Shown: piece after piece, positions 9,154-19,377 of the stretch | Layout: each line of letters starts with the position of its first letter | How positions within the stretch are numbered: position 1 is the first letter of the stretch | NCBI GenBank assembly: GCA_035288925.1 | Contig: DATDYS010000013.1 | Location: 22,168-86,167 of the forward strand | Length of the DNA: 64,000 nt | Reading direction: 5' to 3' | Source of the DNA: Candidatus Nanoarchaeia archaeon | GTDB taxonomy: Archaea > Nanobdellota > Nanobdellia > Woesearchaeales > GW2011-AR4 | Translations under genes and position numbers: made by a program | Notes under the pieces: model-generated | The model's database searches: none | What the model was told of the DNA's origin: nothing | Seen by the model: the letters and a program-made list of their open reading frames with translations, nothing else

Positions 9154-11106
9154 ATGACCCACATCAAAATAACTTTCCCGGATGGAAGCGTGAAAGATTA
9201 TGCTAAAGGGATTACTGCAGGGGAAATTGCAATGCAAATAAGCCCAAGACTGGCAGAAGAGGCGGTTGTTGCAAAAGTAAACGGCGAATTGAAGGATTTA
9301 AGCCATTCAATAAATGAAGACGCAAATTTGCATATTTTAAAATTAAAAGACAAGGAAGGGCTTGATGCGTTAAGGCATTCTGTTGCGCACCTTCTCGCCG
9401 CTGCAGTCATGGAACTTTACCCAAACACAAAAAGAACCATAGGGCCGGCAATAGAAAACGGGTTTTATTTTGATTTTGAATTTGAAAAGCCCATTTCAGA
9501 AGAAGATTTGGCAAAAATAGAAAATAAAATGCGTGAAATTCTTCCAAAATGGGATAAATTCGAAAGGCATGAATTAAATGCATCAGAAGCTAAAAAAGAG
9601 TATCCGCACAACCAATTCAAGCACGAGCTTATAGAAGAGTTCTCAAAAGACGGGAAGAAATTAAGCTTCTATAAGTCAGGAGATTACTGGGATTTATGCA
9701 GAGGCGGTCATCTCTCGAGCATGAAAAAAGTAAAAGCAGAGTCATTCAAGCTTACCAAACTGGCCGGCGCTTACTGGAGGGGCTCTGAAAAAAATCAAAT
9801 GCTCACAAGAATCTATGGATTGGCCTTTGCTACAAAAAAAGAACTGAATGAATATTTGAAACAGCAGGAGGAAGCTGAGAAGCGGGATCACAAAAAGCTG
9901 GGAAGGGAAATGGAATTGTTCATGACTCACGAGCTCGTCGGAAAAGGCCTTCCGATTTGGCTGCCAAAGGGAGAAATAATCAAAAGAGAAATAGAAAATT
10001 TTGCAGTCGATACGGAAAGAAAAGCCGGCTATCAGAGAGTTTCAACGCCGATTCTTGCGAAAAAAGACCTGTACATCAAGTCTGGCCACATACCCTATTT
10101 CCAGGAATCTATGTTCCCGGAGATGGTTTTGGATGACGGCAGCTATTATCTCAAGGGAATGAACTGCCCGCACCACCATTTGATTTACGGACACAAAACA
10201 AGAAGCTACAGGGACTTGCCATTGAGGATTTCTGAATATGGGCTGTGCCATAGATATGAGTTGTCAGGCACTTTGGCAGGCTTGCTTCGGGTAAGGATGC
10301 TGTCCATGAATGATGCCCACATCTACTGTAGGAAAGACCAAATTGAGGAAGAATTTGAGAACGTGATAAGGCTCGTTGTAAATTACTATAAAATATTCGG
10401 CCTTGAACATTATTATTTCAGGCTGTCAACATGGGATCCAGAAAACAAAGAAAAATTCATCAATGAGCCGGAAAACTGGGAATTTTCGGAAAATATAATT
10501 AGAAAAGTGCTTCAGAGGAATAATGTAAAATTCACAGAGGCAAAGGGAGAAGCGGCGTTTTACGCAGTCAAGGTTGACATCCAATTTAAAGCGGTTACCG
10601 GAAGGGAAGAAACCATGTCAACAATCCAGCTTGATTTTGCAGCCAAGAAAAAGTTTGACTTGAAATACGCAGACAAAGATAACACCGAGAATAATGAGGT
10701 TTACGTAATCCATCGTGCGCCTCTTTCTACTCACGAAAGGTTTATGGCATTCTTAATAGAGCAGTATGCCGGCAGGTTCCCATTATGGCTGAGCCCGGTG
10801 CAAATCAGAATTTTAACCGTTGCCGACAGGTTCAATGATTATGCAAACAAATTAAAAGATGAATTTGAAAAAAATAATTTAAGGGTTGAAATTGATTCAA
10901 GCGCAGAAAGCATAGGCAAAAAGGTTTTTGAGGCGCAGAATGAAAAAATTCCCCTGATAATTACTGTAGGCGAAAAAGAAGAAAGCGCAAATACTGTTGC
11001 CGTTCGTACCTCGGAAGGAAAAGTTCATTTCGGGCTGAAGAATGAAGATTTCCTGAAGAAAGTTTTGGATAATGTCAAAAACCGCAATTTACAAATGATT
11101 TTTTAA
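9154..11106 (+). CDS. thrS: threonyl-tRNA synthetase (bacterial-type N-terminal TGS/SAD editing domains)
   Basis: 650 aa. HSVAHLL motif in the SAD domain. Class II motifs FRLSTWDPE and RDLPLRISEYGLCHRYE. C-terminal anticodon-binding domain. Confidence 0.9.
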   Translation: MTHIKITFPDGSVKDYAKGITAGEIAMQISPRLAEEAVVAKVNGELKDLSHSINEDANLHILKLKDKEGLDALRHSVAHLLAAAVMELYPNTKRTIGPAIENGFYFDFEFEKPISEEDLAKIENKMREILPKWDKFERHELNASEAKKEYPHNQFKHELIEEFSKDGKKLSFYKSGDYWDLCRGGHLSSMKKVKAESFKLTKLAGAYWRGSEKNQMLTRIYGLAFATKKELNEYLKQQEEAEKRDHKKLGREMELFMTHELVGKGLPIWLPKGEIIKREIENFAVDTERKAGYQRVSTPILAKKDLYIKSGHIPYFQESMFPEMVLDDGSYYLKGMNCPHHHLIYGHKTRSYRDLPLRISEYGLCHRYELSGTLAGLLRVRMLSMNDAHIYCRKDQIEEEFENVIRLVVNYYKIFGLEHYYFRLSTWDPENKEKFINEPENWEFSENIIRKVLQRNNVKFTEAKGEAAFYAVKVDIQFKAVTGREETMSTIQLDFAAKKKFDLKYADKDNTENNEVYVIHRAPLSTHERFMAFLIEQYAGRFPLWLSPVQIRILTVADRFNDYANKLKDEFEKNNLRVEIDSSAESIGKKVFEAQNEKIPLIITVGEKEESANTVAVRTSEGKVHFGLKNEDFLKKVLDNVKNRNLQMIF

Positions 11107-11122
11107 CGGTTTTTGAGCATGA

Positions 11123-11163
11123 TCGAAAATCGTAATACATACTGTAAAATTTGCGATTTTCGA
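11123..11163. terminator. 10-bp perfect inverted repeat TCGAAAATCG / CGATTTTCGA between convergent genes
   Basis: Read directly. Lies between the thrS stop (11106) and the convergent ORF ending at 11203. Confidence 0.35.
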
Positions 11164-11202
11164 CATATTCAAGAGAAAAAGATTAAAGTTGAGCTGTAAA
11201 AC

Positions 11203-11493
11203 TTACGTGTTCTTCTTATTTATTTTCTTAAAGATTGAGACTATCAAACACGAAACAAAATAAGAGATTATAAACCCAAGGATTAGGTAAGAATAATTAA
11301 TCTCATAGATATGTCCTGCATACTTCAGCGACATCAGCCACATTGCAGCTGAGCCTGTTGTATCTGCTGGGCAGGGAATTGTAAAGCATCGTATTCCATT
11401 GTCATACCTGATAAATGGAACAAAGATTGCCAAAACTATCAAAAACAAAATTAATTTCCCAATAGTCGGCCTGAAAAATTCTTTCCAATCCAT
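11203..11493 (-). CDS. small membrane protein
   Basis: 96 aa, two hydrophobic helices. Confidence 0.4.
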   Translation of the reverse strand: MDWKEFFRPTIGKLILFLIVLAIFVPFIRYDNGIRCFTIPCPADTTGSAAMWLMSLKYAGHIYEINYSYLILGFIISYFVSCLIVSIFKKINKKNT

Positions 11494-11526
11494 TTTATTA
11501 AAATTAAATCAAAAAAATAAAAAAAT

Positions 11527-13737
11527 TTATTCTATCATCACGGGCAGGTCTCTGTAAAGCGGCGGATACGGGTAATTATCCTGCTTGTAAGGCAATTTAA
11601 TTTCTTTTAATTCAGTGGCGATGTTGTTCAAATCATTTGCCTTAATCTTTTTGTCCGAAACTGTGTAAAGCACATCGTCCATGAACAATGACCTTCGGAC
11701 TGCATTTGGCGAGCCGTACCAGTACCAATCCTGCTTTTCGTCGCCTTCATTGTGGGTTATGGTTCCTTTAACATCAAATCCGCTTAAGTCGACATTAAAG
11801 ACATAAGCGCCCTGCCAGCTTCTCTGCCTATAGTAGCCAAGATTCTGATCATATTCCATCTTGCCCCTGATTTCAGTAACCGGAATTACAAGCAGATTCT
11901 TTTCCCTGTCAAACAGGAATGCCTTGTGGTCCCTCAATGCTTCTGAGTCCGTTCCGGATGTTCCTATCTCATATTTATCCACTTGCTTTGGATTTTTGAC
12001 ATCAGATACATCGAACAAAGCTAATTTAACTCCTTTAACTGAAACTCCGCCCCATTCATTTCCTTCAGTCTCTTTCCCAATTCCAATTATGTGATTTTCA
12101 TCGTACGGATGCAAATAATCAGAGTATCCAGGTATTTTCAATTCTCCGAGTACTTCCGGCTTTTGAGGATTTGACAAATCTATAACAAACAATGGGTCGA
12201 TTCTCTTGAAAGTCACCATATACAATCTGTCGCCCAAAAATCTCGCTGAATAAATTCTTTCGTCTGGGGCAATTGCCTCAAGCTTTCCGACCGTATTCAA
12301 TTTGCTGTCAAGCACAAAAACATTGTTGTACATCACATTTTCCCTTTGAGTCCATATTTCAGTCGTCGTTGCAACCCTGAAATAATCTCCGTTCTCGTCC
12401 ATTGAAAATTGGTTCAGCAGGTATCCGGAAACTTCCCCTTTTGCGCCGTATTCAATTTTGCCGTTGTCTATTGCTATCCTGTGAATTATTGTTTTCCTTC
12501 TCTCGGCTTCAAGCTTCGCCTCGTAATCATTGACGGCATTTTCTATTTTCTGTATTAAATCATCTTTGCCGCTCTCATCCATCTTGTTGTACATTTCCTC
12601 AAGGACTGTTGAGATTTTATCCCATCTTTGATACGGGTTTAGGCTGTTGTCGTTCTTCAAATCTTTTATTTTATTTTGCGCATCTGACGAAAGCAGCGGC
12701 ACAACAACTTCAAAGAACCTGTCTTCATTGTGCGATTCGTAGTAATTATACGGCAAATTTTTCTGGTAAGTTATGTAAATGTTATTTTTTGAGACGTAGA
12801 TGCTGTTGGAGTACCCCATCATGAAAGTCTTTGCATTTACGTCATCACTTCCGCTTAAAATATTGAACGAAGTAACCGTGTTGAAATTATAATTGTATTC
12901 CGGATTGTCAAAATAATAAATTTCCGGCCTCACAATCATCTTTGCGCTTTTTGCAGATTCCATTATTATGGGAGTGTCAATTACCCTGTTGGAATAATAG
13001 ACGTTCTCCTGTGTTATAAAATAAACATAATTGTCTATCATTCTTGATTCAAGGTAATAGCCGCCTAAGTTGTAATCTTTCACAAGCTTAGGGTTTCTTC
13101 GGTCAGAAATATCATAGACCAAGGAATGCGTTTTCTGGGTGTATCTTGGGCTTGGCCTGAAATCATAAGGCGAAAACCCCGCCACTTCATCATTTCCATC
13201 GGAGAAAACAACCAGCCTGTCCTTGTTTACAAATATGTTCCTCGGGTTTCCGTCTATTTTTGTTTCTGACAGTATTTTTGCATTTTCCGCAGGATAAGCG
13301 TCAACAATCACCAACTTATTTTGCGTCAAAGTATAAATATATTTGTCATCGTTTTTTACAAAATCCGCCTCATCAACACCCTGAACCTGAACATTTGTCT
13401 GCGAGTAATCAGTTGCGCCAGCGCTTGATTCCGAAGCAGAAGATTTGACTTGTGCAGCCATTGGAGCGGCTATATCCATAGCAATTCCACCCCTTATCCC
13501 GCCGCCTATTGTTCCATAATTTCCTGAATTTGTGTTTACCTTGTCAAGAAAATCCATCAATTCCTGAGTTGAGGAAAATTTTTTCAACTCCTGCGTCGAC
13601 TGGAACTGGGCCAGATTGGAATCCGGGGATTTGTTCTTCCCGTAATCATTGGCAACACCGGTGTTGCATGATGCCACAGCCAATATCAAAAATAAAAATG
13701 TAAATATGTAAAAAATCTTAGTGCTTTGGTTTTTCAT
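11527..13737 (-). CDS. secreted lipoprotein with a predicted beta-propeller domain
   Basis: 736 aa. Signal peptide with a lipobox-like AVASC. Repeated aromatic/Gly-rich blades. Family assignment is from recall only. Confidence 0.5.
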   Translation of the reverse strand: MKNQSTKIFYIFTFLFLILAVASCNTGVANDYGKNKSPDSNLAQFQSTQELKKFSSTQELMDFLDKVNTNSGNYGTIGGGIRGGIAMDIAAPMAAQVKSSASESSAGATDYSQTNVQVQGVDEADFVKNDDKYIYTLTQNKLVIVDAYPAENAKILSETKIDGNPRNIFVNKDRLVVFSDGNDEVAGFSPYDFRPSPRYTQKTHSLVYDISDRRNPKLVKDYNLGGYYLESRMIDNYVYFITQENVYYSNRVIDTPIIMESAKSAKMIVRPEIYYFDNPEYNYNFNTVTSFNILSGSDDVNAKTFMMGYSNSIYVSKNNIYITYQKNLPYNYYESHNEDRFFEVVVPLLSSDAQNKIKDLKNDNSLNPYQRWDKISTVLEEMYNKMDESGKDDLIQKIENAVNDYEAKLEAERRKTIIHRIAIDNGKIEYGAKGEVSGYLLNQFSMDENGDYFRVATTTEIWTQRENVMYNNVFVLDSKLNTVGKLEAIAPDERIYSARFLGDRLYMVTFKRIDPLFVIDLSNPQKPEVLGELKIPGYSDYLHPYDENHIIGIGKETEGNEWGGVSVKGVKLALFDVSDVKNPKQVDKYEIGTSGTDSEALRDHKAFLFDREKNLLVIPVTEIRGKMEYDQNLGYYRQRSWQGAYVFNVDLSGFDVKGTITHNEGDEKQDWYWYGSPNAVRRSLFMDDVLYTVSDKKIKANDLNNIATELKEIKLPYKQDNYPYPPLYRDLPVMIE

Positions 13738-13824
13738 TTTTATTACCTCGCTGTTTTTAATTAATCTTGATAATCACTACGTGTTTATATACTATTTCAT
13801 AACTATTAGCCGGTTTGAAGTTAT

Positions 13825-14442
13825 TCAGTCTGTATCTTTTCTCATTAAGCCAATTATAAAATAAACCAGCAAGGCGAATATTGCGCCGGCCAAAAACCAT
13901 AAGGCGATATTTGGAATTGCTGTTTGCGCCTGCTGTGTTGCCTGAACTGCAGCTTCCTGCGCCACCATAGGCGCTGCCATTGTTTTTGCAACTTCAGCAT
14001 CACCTGCTATTTGCCTAGTTGAAATTATATTTCCTCCTGAAAAATAATTATTAACCAGCTGGATTATCAATGCAGCTCCGCTCACTATCAGAACGGCTGG
14101 AAGAATGCTTTTTAATTTTTCTTTTATACTGGAAGCATTTTTCGGCGCTATTATTATATACTTGTTTGCCAGCCTGTAATGGTTTACTTCCTTGCCTTTC
14201 TCACTATAATGATACTCATTCGCATCAATCAGCCCAGTTTCCATCAGCTGCTGAAGATTATAATGCACCGTTGAGATTGGGATATCAAGTTTTGATGCAA
14301 GCTCTGATTCAGTCGCTTCCTTATTTGCCAAATAGTCCAGTATCTTCCTGCAGGAATCATTGCTGATTACGTTTGAAATCTTCTTAATCTTTGAATCTTC
14401 CATAGATAACAGTATGAAATTTTTCTTTGCCATAGTAAACAA
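13825..14442 (-). CDS. ArsR-like winged-helix regulator with a C-terminal TM anchor
   Basis: 205 aa. HTH region ISNDSCRKILDYLANKEATESELASKLDIPISTVHYNLQQL. C-terminal hydrophobic helix. Confidence 0.6.
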   Translation of the reverse strand: MFTMAKKNFILLSMEDSKIKKISNVISNDSCRKILDYLANKEATESELASKLDIPISTVHYNLQQLMETGLIDANEYHYSEKGKEVNHYRLANKYIIIAPKNASSIKEKLKSILPAVLIVSGAALIIQLVNNYFSGGNIISTRQIAGDAEVAKTMAAPMVAQEAAVQATQQAQTAIPNIALWFLAGAIFALLVYFIIGLMRKDTD

Positions 14443-14561
14443 TACAGATTGGGTTTTATAAATAGTTTTTGATGGATTTGAATTGGGTGGAAGCTATCTC
14501 CTAAGATTCAAAATATGCCTAAACGAATAGTTTTATAAATTAAATTGTACACCTAGCCTGT

Positions 14562-15911
14562 ATGGTCCTCGACAAGCTAAGCGACTCCCTGAAGAACACT
14601 CTGCAGAAGATAGCCAAATCTCTTTTTGTAGATGAAAAGCTGATAAATGAGCTAATAAAGGATATTCAGAAAGCATTATTGCACTCGGACGTCAACGTAA
14701 AATTGGTTTTTAACCTGACCGAAAATATCAAGCAAAGGGCATTAAATGAAGAATCTCCAAAAGGCCTGACAAAAAAAGAGCAGATAATAAACATTGTTTA
14801 TGACGAGCTGGTTAATTTTCTTGGAAAAGAGCAGCATAAAGTTGACATTAAGCAAAAGCCTTTCAAGATAATGCTCGTTGGATTGTTTGGCTCGGGAAAA
14901 ACAACAACCACTGGAAAACTCGCTAAATTCTACACAAAAAGGGGATATAAAGTTGCTTTGGTTGGGCTGGATGTCCACCGCCCGGCAGCGATGGACCAAA
15001 TTGAGCAAGTAGGAAAAACTGCAAATGTAAAAGTTTTTTCTGACAGGCACATCAAAGACGCTGTTGAAATATGGGAAAAATACAAAAATGAAGCTTATGA
15101 TTATGATGTTCTTATTATAGACACTTCCGGACGAGATGCACTGTCAAAAGACTTGATTCTTGAAATAGAAGAGGTAAACGGAAAAATACAGCCAGATGAA
15201 AATTTGCTTGTCATTTCTGCTGATATCGGGCAGGCTGCGCAAAAGCAGGCTGAGCAGTTTCACAAAAGCTGCGGCATAACCGGGATAATTGTTTCCAAGA
15301 TGGACGGGACTGCAAGGGGCGGCGGGGCATTGACAGCAGCAGCAGTTTCAGGAGCGCCGATAAAATTTATCGGTGTCGGCGAGAAAATAGATGATTTAGA
15401 ACAGTTCAACCCGCAGGGATTTGTCGGGCGCATTCTCGGAATGGGCGACCTGGAAGCTTTATTGGAAAAGGCAAAAGAAGCCATAAAAGTCGAGGATGCG
15501 GAAGATTTGGGAAAAAAATTTTTGAAAGGAGAATTTAATCTGATAGATTTATACGAGCAGATGGAAGCAATGTCAAAGATGGGGCCTTTGTCCTCGATTG
15601 TCGAGATGATTCCCGGATTCTCGTCATTGAAATTGCCGAAAGAAATGCTCCAGGTTCAGGAAGGCAAGCTAAAAAAATGGAAGATAGCCATGAATTCGAT
15701 GACAAGAGCGGAGCTTGAAGAGCCGGAATTGGTTGATTCCTCAAGAATCGAAAGAATCTCAAAAGGCTCAGGCATTCCAACAAATGAAATAAGGGAAATG
15801 ATAAAGCAGCACCGCCAGTCAAAGAAAATGGTCAAGATGTTCAAAGGAAGCAAAGGCGACATGGGCAAGATGATGAAGAAATTTGGAGGAAGGCTGCCGA
15901 TGGGCGGGTGA
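14562..15911 (+). CDS. srp54: signal recognition particle protein SRP54
   Basis: 449 aa. N domain MVLDKLSDSL. G domain GLFGSGKTTT, DTSGR, SKMDG. M domain is Met-rich. Confidence 0.95.
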   Translation: MVLDKLSDSLKNTLQKIAKSLFVDEKLINELIKDIQKALLHSDVNVKLVFNLTENIKQRALNEESPKGLTKKEQIINIVYDELVNFLGKEQHKVDIKQKPFKIMLVGLFGSGKTTTTGKLAKFYTKRGYKVALVGLDVHRPAAMDQIEQVGKTANVKVFSDRHIKDAVEIWEKYKNEAYDYDVLIIDTSGRDALSKDLILEIEEVNGKIQPDENLLVISADIGQAAQKQAEQFHKSCGITGIIVSKMDGTARGGGALTAAAVSGAPIKFIGVGEKIDDLEQFNPQGFVGRILGMGDLEALLEKAKEAIKVEDAEDLGKKFLKGEFNLIDLYEQMEAMSKMGPLSSIVEMIPGFSSLKLPKEMLQVQEGKLKKWKIAMNSMTRAELEEPELVDSSRIERISKGSGIPTNEIREMIKQHRQSKKMVKMFKGSKGDMGKMMKKFGGRLPMGG

Positions 15912-15912
15912 A

Positions 15913-16587
15913 TTACTCTCCCAGAAACTTCGGGTTAAATTTGTCAAACCATTCTCTTTTCTCTATCTCGTCAAGAATATTGTAGAATCCGAAAGTCGAG
16001 GCGTTCCCGTAAACCTCTATTTTTTTGTCAAACCCATTTTTTAGCGCGTAGAAAGCGCAGATCCTGAAGCAGGCCGAGTTGCCATTCAAAATTTCCGGGG
16101 CGTTGCAAATAATTTCAACCATTTTTTCTTTCCGGTCATACTCCGCGGCAACCGTGCCTGTCCCGTTCTCAGGGTCGATGTAGGAAAGGAACAATTTGTC
16201 CATTATCGAATCAAGAAAATTTGCAAATTTCTCAACATTTCCGACGTCAATCTGGCTGAAATTTGCCCTTCCGGCCGATTTCAATCCCGGGATCTTTGAG
16301 GCGGAATTTACGAAGAAATCTTTGACGTCTTTTTCTTTTACGAAAATTCTTACTTTGTAGCTGTCTATTGCTTTCCTTGTTTTTACTTTTATTCCTTTGT
16401 ATTTTCTGTTGAACTGCTCTGACAACTTTTCGAATTTCGGGATAAACATATCCAGGTCAGTCTGCGCCTCGCCGTAGTACCTGTCTATTTCCGCGCCTAC
16501 TTTAATCATCTGGAAAAAATCTTTCCTGAACTGGGAAATATCGTTTGCAGAAAACTCAGACAGCAGGTCACCGTTAGCCATGGGCAA
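15913..16587 (-). CDS. hypothetical protein
   Basis: 224 aa, no recognisable motif. Confidence 0.4.
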   Translation of the reverse strand: MPMANGDLLSEFSANDISQFRKDFFQMIKVGAEIDRYYGEAQTDLDMFIPKFEKLSEQFNRKYKGIKVKTRKAIDSYKVRIFVKEKDVKDFFVNSASKIPGLKSAGRANFSQIDVGNVEKFANFLDSIMDKLFLSYIDPENGTGTVAAEYDRKEKMVEIICNAPEILNGNSACFRICAFYALKNGFDKKIEVYGNASTFGFYNILDEIEKREWFDKFNPKFLGE

Positions 16588-16692
16588 ATTATTTTTACGG
16601 GATTATTTAAATATTGCGTATTAATCCATTTCAGCTGCCCAAATCAAAAGGTTTAAATACTATTTTTAAAATAGCCAGTTTATTAAAAAGAG

Positions 16693-16896
16693 GTGATTAT
16701 GTTGAATACAAAAACTGCCTATAAGCTTACAGGACTGGTGGTGCTTATATTGGGAATATTGTTCTTCCTGAGGGATATCGGTGTCAATCTCATCGGAGAT
16801 ACAAGCGGATGGACTATAGTGATAGTTCTGATAGGCGCAGGATTGATTGCCGGGGAAGTTACGCTGCCAAATCCGCCTGCAAAAAAGTCTAAATGA
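16693..16896 (+). CDS. small two-TM membrane protein
   Basis: 67 aa, two hydrophobic helices. Confidence 0.35.
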   Translation: MIMLNTKTAYKLTGLVVLILGILFFLRDIGVNLIGDTSGWTIVIVLIGAGLIAGEVTLPNPPAKKSK

Positions 16897-16984
16897 ATTA
16901 GTTTTTTCTTTTATATTTTTGATTTATTCTGAAATGGATGTGAATAGAAAAATAAAAAGGGTCAGCAATAAGCCAACCCTAAAA

Positions 16985-17145
16985 TCCCCGCGGCCGGACT
17001 TGCATGCGGAAGCACGCTCGCTTCTCGCAATTTGAACCAGCAACCTCCCGGGAACTGCTGCTGTTTTACCTTCATCCTTTGCCAATGCACAGTCGGTAAA
17101 TGAGTTTATCTACAGCCGAGCGCTCCACCGTTAAGCTACGCGGGG
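16985..17145 (-). tRNA. tRNA-Tyr (anticodon GTA) with three predicted introns: anticodon loop (~12 nt), variable region (~45 nt) and T-arm (~32 nt)
   Basis: Minus-strand read. Acceptor CCCCGCG pairs with CGCGGGG. D-arm GCTT-AACGGTG-GAGC with G18G19. Anticodon stem CTCGG, loop CTGTAG|A. T-stem GCTGG + TTCAAAT and CCGGC. Exon sequence matches the recalled M. jannaschii tRNA-Tyr layout (loop CTGTAGA, GCTGGTTCAAATCCGGC). The 161-nt length implies ~88 nt of introns. Confidence 0.55.
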
Positions 17146-17217
17146 ACAGGCTTTAGAAATGATTTTGGTTTATAAAGATTGTGTAAAAAAATCCGTTTTT
17201 TCCATTAATCCGCGTTC

Positions 17218-18651
17218 CTATCCGCCAACACTGACCCTGTTAGAATTAGTTATAATAACTTTATTCCCTATTTTAGTCCTTGCATTTGCGGCAGGCAGGT
17301 TAAACTCTCCAAGAATTGAAAGCCTTGACCTCATTTTATATGAAAGAACGCGCTCATCCCCTGGCTCAATCGATTCAATGTTCCACTTAATCATGATTCC
17401 TTTTTTTGGGTGCTGCAAAATCGCATGCGGCTGCATTGAGCCGATTGACAGTTCTTTCTCAACGTTTGCGATGTGGGGCACATTGTCCATGACTTCAATA
17501 GCTTCAATCAGCTTCGCGCTTCTGTTCTTGACCCTTACGACCACTTTTGCCTCTGAAATCCCGCCGTCGCTCATGCCGACATTCGCAATGCTTTTCCTCA
17601 CGACAAGAGGGCTTCTGAAAAGGAAGTAAAGAACCACGGCAACTATTATCAGCGCGATTATAACAACCAAAGGCCTGTAATTTTCAGTAACACGCAAGGA
17701 TATCGAGCGATCGCTGCCCAGGCTGACATCCCAGACAAGGTAATACCCATCATTCTCTTTAACAGTTCTTGCCCTGGGGCTTGTGGTCAGGAATAAATTT
17801 TTTATCGGGGAAGTTTCAATTTTTACAACTCCCTTATAATCCGGATTGTTGGATGATATCTTTATTCCGCTTCTCGTCTTCAGCAATAGCACTTCTTTCT
17901 TCAAATCTTCCTTTACAACATACTCAGCCACGCTGAATTCCGCTTCAGTCGGGCTGACAATTACCCTGTCCCCTTTCATGACTGTCACAGTCAGCCTGTC
18001 CAGCTGGGGAGGGGTCATTGAATCAAGTTCTTTCCTGATTTCAATTGTTTTTTCCTCCTTAGGATCAAGAGAAGTATAAAGCTCGCCATTAACCAGGCCG
18101 CTTTCGAGCTTTACTGTCAGGTTTGTGTAGTTAATCACGTTTTGATTGTTTAATTTAACTCTTATTGTGAACTCATTTCTTGGGTCAATGCTTTCCGGCA
18201 CTACGCTCGCAGTTGCCAGCACGGTAGGAATGTAGCCGCCAATTAGCGGCTCAGTGGATATTATCCCAACGATGACCGGGACTTTCTGCTCTTCTTTCAG
18301 CCGCTCAAGCACAACTCCCACATCCAAAGTGTAAGTGTCAACAGAGGTTATATGGAGCGGCGCAACATAAAGCGGCACAATCACATTGCCGTCTGCAGGA
18401 ACAATTACAGTTATCGGGTTTTGCAGCGGCTTGGTATACATGTCCCAGAAAGGGTACCCTGTTTTCTTGATTGTAAATTCTTCAGAAGTTGCCAGATTAT
18501 TGTGTATGTTTATATCAAAGAGCGCCACATCATCAACAACAATCTTGTCCTTGACGGGGGTTGCATTGATATCAAAAGAGCTTGCATAAGCCAGGTTAAT
18601 AGCCAGCAAAAATATGGAAGCGAGAATAAGCGACTGTGTTATTTTTCTCAT
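17218..18651 (-). CDS. secreted/surface protein with signal peptide and C-terminal TM anchor
   Basis: 477 aa. N-terminal signal peptide. Beta-rich repeats. C-terminal LVVIIALIIVAVVLYFLF. Confidence 0.55.
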   Translation of the reverse strand: MRKITQSLILASIFLLAINLAYASSFDINATPVKDKIVVDDVALFDINIHNNLATSEEFTIKKTGYPFWDMYTKPLQNPITVIVPADGNVIVPLYVAPLHITSVDTYTLDVGVVLERLKEEQKVPVIVGIISTEPLIGGYIPTVLATASVVPESIDPRNEFTIRVKLNNQNVINYTNLTVKLESGLVNGELYTSLDPKEEKTIEIRKELDSMTPPQLDRLTVTVMKGDRVIVSPTEAEFSVAEYVVKEDLKKEVLLLKTRSGIKISSNNPDYKGVVKIETSPIKNLFLTTSPRARTVKENDGYYLVWDVSLGSDRSISLRVTENYRPLVVIIALIIVAVVLYFLFRSPLVVRKSIANVGMSDGGISEAKVVVRVKNRSAKLIEAIEVMDNVPHIANVEKELSIGSMQPHAILQHPKKGIMIKWNIESIEPGDERVLSYKMRSRLSILGEFNLPAANARTKIGNKVIITNSNRVSVGG

Positions 18652-18801
18652 GAACGCACCTTTTTTACGTGTAAAAGACCGGACTGCCTACCTAATTGCA
18701 AAATTTTTGATGTTCTTAAATTGAATTACTTATATATAAATCTTTTCTTATATGAGTACCCATAGAAAACTTTATATACAACGATAATCAAAAATCAGCT
18801 C

Positions 18802-19365
18802 ATGCAACCCGATGATTTTATACACTTTAATGAAGCGCCTACGCGAACTGCCTACATCCAGTACAAGGGGATTTTTGACATGCAGGATTTGTATGAATCT
18901 GTGGCGGACTTCTTCAGCCAGAAAAAATTCAAGTTTTATGAAAAACAGCAGCGGTATAGGAAGCCGGGGCCTTTTGGCCCGGAAATATTATACCAATTTG
19001 AGGCCAACAGGACAATTGAAGATTATTATAAATGGTATGTATACATAACAATGGAAACTTTTGACGTGCACGATGTGGAGGTTGTGTCAAAAGACGGCAC
19101 AAAGAAAAAGATGACCAAAGGCAGGATTTGGGTGCAGCTTTACGGGAAAGTTGAGATGGACCCGGAGCATGTCTGGGATAAATCGGCATTTCTCGCGCAT
19201 TTAAAAGGATTTTACAACAAGTATGTACTAAGAAAAAGGATTGAAGGGGTGTGGTGGGATGAGCTCCAGTACAAAATTGTCTTGCGGCTTCATGCTCTTA
19301 TAAAAGAAAGGCTGAAAATGTCTTCTGAAGTCAATGAGACAAGGCACCACAGCGGCGTGCATTAA
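18802..19365 (+). CDS. hypothetical protein, paralog 1 of a tandem triplet
   Basis: 187 aa. Shares its layout with the next two ORFs (Y.G.F, W..E.GF/Y, V.KDGK/NGKK, IDAF/IDGFIDAH, FLRTI/FMRTIVD). Confidence 0.55.
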   Translation: MQPDDFIHFNEAPTRTAYIQYKGIFDMQDLYESVADFFSQKKFKFYEKQQRYRKPGPFGPEILYQFEANRTIEDYYKWYVYITMETFDVHDVEVVSKDGTKKKMTKGRIWVQLYGKVEMDPEHVWDKSAFLAHLKGFYNKYVLRKRIEGVWWDELQYKIVLRLHALIKERLKMSSEVNETRHHSGVH

Positions 19366-19377
19366 AAAAAGAGAAAA

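Noticed and set aside
16985-17145. SRP RNA or other long structured ncRNA next to srp54
   Set aside because: It has GGAAGCAC and UGUUUUACC-like strings but in the wrong order for SRP RNA domain IV. The locus fits a multi-intron tRNA-Tyr much better.
17159-17629. 156-aa plus-strand ORF
   Set aside because: Antisense to the N-terminal part of the 477-aa signal-peptide protein. No motifs.
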